Origin: Dickeya solani IPO 2222
GTDB lineage: Bacteria; Pseudomonadota; Gammaproteobacteria; Enterobacterales; Enterobacteriaceae
DNA: 32,000 bases
Assembly (NCBI RefSeq): GCF_001644705.1
Contig: NZ_CP015137.1
Span: forward strand, 4,830,001-4,862,000
Direction: 5' to 3'
The notes under the pieces are model-generated. The model saw nothing but the letters and a program-made list of their open reading frames with translations. It searched no databases and was not told the DNA's origin. Below, in pieces: positions 18,754 to 24,736 of this stretch. The translations under genes were made by a program, and so were the position numbers. Position 1 is the first letter of the stretch, and each line of letters begins with the position of its first letter.

Positions 18754-18815
18754 CTTTTTATCAACCCGATAACCCTTTATCAACCTGGTAACCCTTTATC
18801 GACCTGGTAACCCTC
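18740..18815. repeat. 19-bp tandem repeat x4 spanning the permease stop to the ATPase start
   Basis: tgtcaacccgataactttt / tatcaacccgataaccctt / tatcaacctggtaaccctt / tatcgacctggtaaccctc. Copy 1 contains codons S-T-R-stop of the permease. Copy 4 ends 1 nt before ATG 18817. Confidence 0.92.
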
Positions 18816-18816
18816 T

Positions 18817-19599
18817 ATGACTGATTCGCAGGATATCGTTTTACGGCTGCGCGGGCTGACCAAAGCATTCCACGGTCAGCCGGTGCTGAAAGGCATCGAC
18901 CTCGACGTGCGGCGTGGGGAGAAAATCGCCATTATCGGCGGCAGCGGCTCCGGCAAGAGCACCCTGCTGCGCTGTCTGAATTTTATGGAAGTGCCGAGCG
19001 GCGGCACCATCGAGCTGGACGGCGAGGTACTGGGGCAGCCGTTGCCGGACGGCGCGCGGCGCTATCCGGAAAAACAATTGTGCGCGGTACGCCAACGCGT
19101 CGGCATGGTGTTCCAGCAATTCAACCTGTTCCCGCATCTGACGGTGCTGCAAAACGTGCAGGAAGCGCTGCTGTCGGTGAAAAAGCTGCCGCGCGCCGAC
19201 GCCGTGGTCATTGCCCGCCGGCAACTGGACAAGGTCGGGCTGGCGGACAAGCTCCACGCGCGCCCCGGCAACCTGTCCGGCGGCCAGCAGCAGCGGGTAG
19301 CGATTGCCCGCGCGCTGGCGATGGAGCCGGGGATCATGCTGTTCGACGAGCCGACCTCGTCGCTCGATCCGGAACTGGTGGGCGAAGTGCTGCACACCAT
19401 TCGCGCGCTGGCGGACGACGGTCGCACCTTGCTGCTGGTGACCCATGAGCTGGGCTTCGCCTGGCACTTCGCCGACCGGGTCCTCTTCATCGCCGACGGC
19501 GTCATTCACGAAATGGGTAGCGCCGAACAGGTGCTGCGTCATCCTCAACAACCCCGTACGCAGGCGTTTCTGGCCCGCTTCGCCGAACGCGCGTTTTAA
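18817..19599 (+). CDS. Amino-acid ABC transporter ATP-binding protein
   Basis: 260 aa. Walker A GGSGSGKST, signature LSGGQQQRVAIARAL, Walker B IMLFDEPTSSLD, H-loop THE. Confidence 0.95.
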   Translation: MTDSQDIVLRLRGLTKAFHGQPVLKGIDLDVRRGEKIAIIGGSGSGKSTLLRCLNFMEVPSGGTIELDGEVLGQPLPDGARRYPEKQLCAVRQRVGMVFQQFNLFPHLTVLQNVQEALLSVKKLPRADAVVIARRQLDKVGLADKLHARPGNLSGGQQQRVAIARALAMEPGIMLFDEPTSSLDPELVGEVLHTIRALADDGRTLLLVTHELGFAWHFADRVLFIADGVIHEMGSAEQVLRHPQQPRTQAFLARFAERAF

Positions 19600-19608
19600 G
19601 GAGTCACC

Positions 19609-20526
19609 ATGAGCGTTTCATCCCCTTCTGCCGCCAGCAGTCAGGCCTATCGGCAGGATGCCCGCAACGACGACGTACGGGTGTACGTCAACGGCGAATT
19701 CGTGCATCGCTCGCAGGCGGTGGTCTCGGTATTTGATGCCGGTTACGTCTGCGGCGACGGCGTCTGGGAAGGCCTGCGGCTGGTCAATGGCCGCCTGATT
19801 TCCCTTGATGCCCATCTGGACCGGCTGTTGGCCGGCGCGGCCGCCATCCGGCTGGATATCGGCCACAGCCGCGCTGAACTGATCGACATTATGCAGCGCA
19901 CGCTGGCTATCAATGGCATGACCGATGGCGCGCACCTGCGGCTGATGATCACCCGCGGGCGCAAAAGCACCCCGAATCAGGACCCGCGTTTTATCCTCGG
20001 CGGCGCGACGGTGGTGTGCGTGGCGGAATATAAAGTGGTGGACGCCGCCGCCAAACAGCGCGGGCTGGCGCTGTTCACCTCAAGTTACCGCACCAGCGCG
20101 CCGGACGTGTTCGACCTGCGGCTCAATTCCCATAGCCGTCTCAACCTGATTCAGGCGCTGTTGCAGGCGATCGAGGCCGGCGCCGACGAAGCGCTGATGC
20201 TGGACCCGCACGCTTTCGTCGCCAGTTGCAATTCCACCAACTTTTTTATCGTGCGGCACGGCGAACTCTGGACCTCCAGCGGCCGCTATTGCTTTAACGG
20301 CATCACCCGCCAGACGGTGATCGACCTGGCGCGCGCCCACGGCCTGACGGTGCGGGTGGACGATTTCACGCTGGCGGAAGCGCTGACCGCCGATGAAGCC
20401 TTCGTCACCGGCACGCTGGCGGGCATCACCCCGGTGCGGAAGCTGGATGGGCGGGAGTTTGCCCCGGCGCATCGCGCCATCACCGATCGGCTCAGGCAGT
20501 GGTATCAGGAATTTATTGAAGGCTAA
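19609..20526 (+). CDS. Class-IV (fold type IV) aminotransferase-fold protein that is atypical at the catalytic positions
   Basis: 305 aa with a strong AAGGAG RBS. Fold-IV pattern: FD.G...GDGV.EG.R, TRG, LN.I.A...A...GADEAL.LD, NFF, GITR, ADEAF.TGT...I.PV. The positions expected to hold Lys and Glu read Asn173 and Ser206 (see findings). Confidence 0.8.
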   Translation: MSVSSPSAASSQAYRQDARNDDVRVYVNGEFVHRSQAVVSVFDAGYVCGDGVWEGLRLVNGRLISLDAHLDRLLAGAAAIRLDIGHSRAELIDIMQRTLAINGMTDGAHLRLMITRGRKSTPNQDPRFILGGATVVCVAEYKVVDAAAKQRGLALFTSSYRTSAPDVFDLRLNSHSRLNLIQALLQAIEAGADEALMLDPHAFVASCNSTNFFIVRHGELWTSSGRYCFNGITRQTVIDLARAHGLTVRVDDFTLAEALTADEAFVTGTLAGITPVRKLDGREFAPAHRAITDRLRQWYQEFIEG

Positions 20527-20587
20527 CTAGCGGATGAAGGCTAACTCCGCGGGAAACGGCTTTTAGCGGGAAACGGCTTTCAGCGCG
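20518..20587. repeat. 17/18-bp tandem units x4 (two related pairs) that start in the last codons of the class-IV gene
   Basis: gaaggctaactagcggat / gaaggctaactccgcgg / gaaacggcttttagcgg / gaaacggctttcagcgcg. The first unit contains GAA GGC TAA, i.e. E-G-stop. Confidence 0.88.
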
Positions 20588-20633
20588 AACCACCGCCTCG
20601 CCTTGCCGCCGCTTCCCGGTTATCGTGCGGACG

Positions 20634-21443
20634 TTATGGTCTGTCCGGCTGCAACGTCAGCAGCCGGATAATGGTGTGCATCACCGCGTCGTCGTCGTTG
20701 GAACCGGTAATAAAGCGGGCGGCGGCCTTGGTTTCCTCAAACGCATTGCGCATGGCGAAGCTGTAGTCGCCGCAGCGCATCAGTTCAATGTCGTTCAACC
20801 CGTCGCCAAACACCATCGTTTCCTCCGGCGTTACCTGCAAAAGGTCCTGTAATCGGGCCACCGTACTGCCCTTGTGCACCCCGACATCGGCGATGTCGAT
20901 CCAGGCCGCTTCGGACACCACGATATACGTGCGATCGTCATAGGGTGTGAGATGCGCGCGAGTCTGATGGCAACGCCCTTTTTCATCGAACAGGGAGATT
21001 TTGACAAAATCGTCCCGCACCGCATTGAAATCCGGCACCAGCCGGACGGTGGCGTAGGATTTTTTCACTTTCTCGATCATCGCCGGCGCCAGCGAATCTT
21101 TCAGCACCGCGCCATCGGGGGTGCAGGCGATAATCACATGTTCCTGATTCACCGCATCCAGCGTGGCGATCATCTCCCGACCGAGCGCATTGCCGATCAG
21201 CGACTGATAGACGTACTCGCCCCGGTGCCGGATGCGGGTGGCGCTGTCGCCCAGAATCCAAAAATCCGCCGCCGGTGCGCCGAACAGTTCTTCAACCCGG
21301 TCGCACTGCTTGCCGGTACAGGGCGCAAACTGCACCTGCTTGCGCTGCATCAACGCCCTGACCTCGTCAAACAGCGGCCGATTGAACTCGCCGTGGCGGT
21401 TGAGAAATGTGCCATCCAGATCGGTAATAATCAGCTTAATCAT
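20634..21443 (-). CDS. Cof-type HAD-IIB phosphatase (YbjI/YbiV-like)
   Basis: 269 aa from ATG 21443 (GGAG 7 nt upstream; the track adds one GTG codon). HAD motifs: I DLDGTF, III K in GVHKGS, IV GDGLNDIELM. Confidence 0.85.
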   Translation of the reverse strand: MIKLIITDLDGTFLNRHGEFNRPLFDEVRALMQRKQVQFAPCTGKQCDRVEELFGAPAADFWILGDSATRIRHRGEYVYQSLIGNALGREMIATLDAVNQEHVIIACTPDGAVLKDSLAPAMIEKVKKSYATVRLVPDFNAVRDDFVKISLFDEKGRCHQTRAHLTPYDDRTYIVVSEAAWIDIADVGVHKGSTVARLQDLLQVTPEETMVFGDGLNDIELMRCGDYSFAMRNAFEETKAAARFITGSNDDDAVMHTIIRLLTLQPDRP

Positions 21444-21471
21444 CACGCTTCTCCGTCATGTGTCCGAACGA

Positions 21472-22650
21472 TTAGACCTTCACCGCTTTGGCGCTCAGCC
21501 CAACCAGCGCCAGCAACGCCGCCACCACCAGAAACCCGGCCGACAGACTGCTGTGGTGCGCAATAAACCCGATGCTCGCCGGCCCGGCCAATACTCCGAG
21601 ATAACCCAGCGTCGTCACCGCCGGGACCGCGACCGCCTGCGGCATACTGGTCTGACGGCCAATGGCGGAGAACATGATCGGCACGATGTTGGAACACCCC
21701 AGCCCAATCAACGCATAACCGAGCAACGCTACCGGCCAGAACGGTACCCATACCGCCAGCATCAGACCGGCGACCGCCAGCGACGCGCCCAGCATCACCA
21801 CGGGTTGCGGCCCCAGAGCCGTCACCACCCGGTCCCCGGTCAGGCGACCGAGCGTCATGGCGGCGGCAAAACACGCAAAACCGAGCGCGCCTTGCGCGTC
21901 CGGCATCCCGCGATGCTCGGTCAGGAAGACCGCGCTCCAGTCCAGCACCGTGCCTTCGGCCAGGAATACGGCAAAACAGATAAGGCCCAGCACCAGCACC
22001 GCGCCGCGAGGAATGGCGAACGCCGGACCTTCCGGCGGGTTGGCGTACGTCAGCAGGCCGGCCAGATGCGTCAGCAATAACAACACCGCCGCCAGTGCGC
22101 TAAGCAGACAGGCCGCCAGCGGCGACAGCCCCAGCGACATCATGCCGCTCATCGCCCCGGCGCCGACGATGCCGCCGATGCTGTAAAAGCCGTGAAACCC
22201 CGACATCATGGCTTTGCCCGCCGCCTTTTCCACCAGAATCGCCTGCACGTTCATGGCGCAGTCGGTCGTGCCGACCCCGATGCCGAACACCAGCAGCGCA
22301 ATCGCCAGCAAAACGGTATCCGGGATCACCGCCAGCCACGGCAGCATCAGGCAGAACAGTAGCACCGCCAGCGCGATGACCTTACGGCAGCCAAAGCGGG
22401 TGGTCAGCATACCCGTGACCGGCATCGCCACCAGCGCGCCGCCGCCCAGACACAGCAATAGCAGGCCGAGCGTACCGTCATCGACGCCGGTATTCAGCTT
22501 GGCGAAGGGCACCAGCGCCGCCCAGACGGCGGTGGCGAACCCGGCCAGAAAGAACATCACGCGCGTCGCCCGTTGTTCGCGCCGTCCGGGCTCGTCGATT
22601 ACGTGGTCCGATGAAGAAGAATTTTTCAGGGAATCCGTTAACTGTTGCAT
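21472..22650 (-). CDS. MFS transporter (YbjJ-like)
   Basis: 392 aa from ATG 22650. The start is uncertain: the SD is weak and the track ORF extends to GTG 22710. It has 12 predicted TM segments and resembles E. coli YbjJ in overall pattern as I recall it. In E. coli ybjJ also sits next to a Cof phosphatase gene (ybjI). Confidence 0.75.
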   Translation of the reverse strand: MQQLTDSLKNSSSSDHVIDEPGRREQRATRVMFFLAGFATAVWAALVPFAKLNTGVDDGTLGLLLLCLGGGALVAMPVTGMLTTRFGCRKVIALAVLLFCLMLPWLAVIPDTVLLAIALLVFGIGVGTTDCAMNVQAILVEKAAGKAMMSGFHGFYSIGGIVGAGAMSGMMSLGLSPLAACLLSALAAVLLLLTHLAGLLTYANPPEGPAFAIPRGAVLVLGLICFAVFLAEGTVLDWSAVFLTEHRGMPDAQGALGFACFAAAMTLGRLTGDRVVTALGPQPVVMLGASLAVAGLMLAVWVPFWPVALLGYALIGLGCSNIVPIMFSAIGRQTSMPQAVAVPAVTTLGYLGVLAGPASIGFIAHHSSLSAGFLVVAALLALVGLSAKAVKV

Positions 22651-22713
22651 AAAACGATGCGATCTCGTGTGAAAGGGATTGACCAATAACCGCCGCGGCG
22701 CGCGCCGCACATC

Positions 22714-22809
22714 AACTATCCGTTTAACTATCCATTTAACTGTCCATTTAACTGTCCATTTAACTATCCATTTAACTATCCATTTAACTATCCGTTAAAC
22801 TGTCCATCG
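22714..22809. repeat. 12-bp tandem repeat x8 between the MFS start and the IMPase-family gene, overlapping the 3' end of the latter
   Basis: The unit aact[a/g]tcc[a/g]ttt is repeated head to tail (aactatccgttt, aactatccattt, aactgtccattt x2, aactatccattt x2, aactatccgtta, aactgtccatcg). Confidence 0.93.
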
Positions 22810-23603
22810 AACTCCCCGTTAAGGACCCGCAGCACCTCTTCGTGCAAACGCGGGCACCCCGTCGCCAGAATTTGCCCGCCCGCTTCCGGTCGTCCGCCCT
22901 GCAACGTGGTCACCACGCCGCCCGCCTGCTCGACAATCGGGATAAACGCCGCAATGTCATAGGGTTGCAGCGAATACTCCAGACAGATATCAATGTGCCC
23001 GGCGGCCAGCATCGCCATCGCGTAGCATTCGCCGCCGTAGCGGGTCATCAGCGCGCGCCCGGTGAGGTCATGGAAACGGATCTGCGGATGGCGTTCAATC
23101 GGCTCCGGCGAGGTGGTATGCAAAATGGCCTGCTCAAGCGGTACATTTTTACGGCTCTCGATGCGACTTTCTCCCTGCGGACCGCGATACCAGGCATGCC
23201 GGCCATCGGCCCAAAACGTCTCGCCGGTGAACGGCTGGCTCATCATGCCCATCACGGCCCGCCCCTGATGCAACAGCCCGATCAGCGTGCCCCACACCGG
23301 CAGCCCGCATAAAAACGGCCGGGTACCGTCGACCGGGTCCAGGATCCACTGAATGTCGCCGCTGCCGGTCGTACCGAACTCCTCCCCCAAAATCGCGTGC
23401 TCCGGGTAGCGTTCGGTAATCAACGCCCGAATCGCCCGCTCCGCTTCCCGGTCGGCATCCGTCACCGGATCAAAGCGAAACCCCTCTTTTGGCTTGCTGC
23501 CGACATGCAGATTCTGGTGTGAACGAAAGCGTGGCAGAGTTTGCTGGCTGGCCGCGTCGGCCAGGGCATGAAAAAACGCGATATCCGGCAGTGATTGACT
23601 CAT
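22788..23603 (-). CDS. Inositol-monophosphatase-family phosphatase (SuhB/HisN-like)
   Basis: 271 aa from ATG 23603 (AGAGGTG RBS; the track ORF is 20 codons longer). Motifs: GEEFG, WILDPVDGTRPF, YDIAAF..IVEQAGG. Confidence 0.85.
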   Translation of the reverse strand: MSQSLPDIAFFHALADAASQQTLPRFRSHQNLHVGSKPKEGFRFDPVTDADREAERAIRALITERYPEHAILGEEFGTTGSGDIQWILDPVDGTRPFLCGLPVWGTLIGLLHQGRAVMGMMSQPFTGETFWADGRHAWYRGPQGESRIESRKNVPLEQAILHTTSPEPIERHPQIRFHDLTGRALMTRYGGECYAMAMLAAGHIDICLEYSLQPYDIAAFIPIVEQAGGVVTTLQGGRPEAGGQILATGCPRLHEEVLRVLNGEFDGQFNG

Positions 23604-23669
23604 GGTATTCACCTCTTGCGATAGAATGCACACCAACAATAGTGGATTGACAAATCGTGTCACAACGAC

Positions 23670-23729
23670 CGATTATGCTCGATATGCTCGATTTATTTAC
23701 AAATAAGGATCGGTTATGCTCGATTATGC
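23670..23729. promoter_or_regulatory. Direct repeats of ATGCTCGAT in the IMPase/DeoR divergent region (candidate DeoR-type operator)
   Basis: cgatt-ATGCTCGAT-ATGCTCGAT at 23670-23692, and ATGCTCGAT-tATGCa at 23716-23729, which overlaps the DeoR start codon. Confidence 0.4.
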
Positions 23730-24492
23730 ATCTTTTCCTGAGCAGCGACAATCTCTGATTCGGGATCGGCTGCGCAAGGAAGGCCGGGTGGTATGTGCGC
23801 TGTTATCACAGGAACTGCAGGTGTCGGAACACACCATACGGCGCGACCTGCAAGAGCTGGCGCGCGAAGGCGTGTGCAAGCGGGTGTATGGCGGTGCGGT
23901 CAGCCTGGCGCCGGCTGACGGTACGTTCATCAGCCGTGCCGCCGACGGTCATGTTGGCAAAGATCGGCTGGGTCAGGCCTGCGCGGCGCTGGTTCAGGCG
24001 GGTCAATGCATCTTTATCGATTCCGGTTCCACCAATCTGGCCATCGCCCGGGCGATACCGGCCTCGTTATCCGTCACCGTGGTAACCAACTCCCCCGCTA
24101 TCGCGCTGGAAATGATGAAGTCATCTCATGCGGAGGTGATCATGCTCGGTGGGCGAGTACAACCGCGCACCGGCGGCACGCTCGGCATCACGCCGCAAAA
24201 ACAGCTGGAGAGCATCTATTTCGATCTCTGCTTTCTGGGCGGCTGCGCGTTGGACGCCACCGAAGGGCTGACCGTGTTTGACTACGAAGACGCGGAATTC
24301 AAGCAGGCGGCGGCGCGCAACAGCAACGACGTCGTGGTGGCGATGACGTCGGACAAGCTCCCGGCGATCGCCCGCTACCATGTCATCCCCTGCGAAGACA
24401 TCACCACCCTGGTGGTGGAACAGGCGATCCCGACGGATAAACTCGCACCGTTTATCGACAAAAAGATGCCTATCCGTTTTGCCGATGCGTAA
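23716..24492 (+). CDS. DeoR-family transcriptional regulator
   Basis: 258 aa. N-terminal wHTH (RQSLIRDRLRKEGRVVCALLSQELQVSEHTIRRDLQELAREG) and a DeoR C-terminal sensor domain (IFIDSGSTNLAIA). AAGGA lies 6 nt upstream of the ATG. Confidence 0.87.
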   Translation: MLDYASFPEQRQSLIRDRLRKEGRVVCALLSQELQVSEHTIRRDLQELAREGVCKRVYGGAVSLAPADGTFISRAADGHVGKDRLGQACAALVQAGQCIFIDSGSTNLAIARAIPASLSVTVVTNSPAIALEMMKSSHAEVIMLGGRVQPRTGGTLGITPQKQLESIYFDLCFLGGCALDATEGLTVFDYEDAEFKQAAARNSNDVVVAMTSDKLPAIARYHVIPCEDITTLVVEQAIPTDKLAPFIDKKMPIRFADA

Positions 24493-24674
24493 TAAATCAG
24501 TCCTTATGCCGCATGTATTACCCGCCCCGCTCATTGGCGGGTAACGCGGAATCCTCCGCCTCGCCTTCCCTGTCCGTGGCACCGTCTGTTTCACGTAAGG
24601 CGCTTAGTTTTACCTTATCCATACATTCGTACACATCAGGTTACGTATTCTTTCTCTGACAGCATTTAGTAATT

Positions 24675-24693
24675 GATTATGATAATCATTGTT
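24675..24693. promoter_or_regulatory. Fur box overlapping a candidate fhuA promoter
   Basis: gattatgataatcattgtt matches GATAATGATAATCATTATC at 16 of 19 positions. It overlaps a candidate promoter: -35 CTGACA (24656-24661), 16-bp spacer, -10 TATGAT (24678-24683). It lies 44 nt upstream of the fhuA ATG. Confidence 0.75.
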
Positions 24694-24736
24694 ATTTTCT
24701 TTTGTTTTTAATTAAAAAATAGTCAGGGAAATCGTA

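Noticed and set aside
11883-22809. Whether the short tandem arrays could be CRISPR arrays or one dispersed REP/ERIC/MITE-type element.
   Set aside because: The units are strictly contiguous with no spacers, only 12-19 bp long, and each array has a different sequence. There are no terminal inverted repeats, no cas genes and no shared core between arrays.
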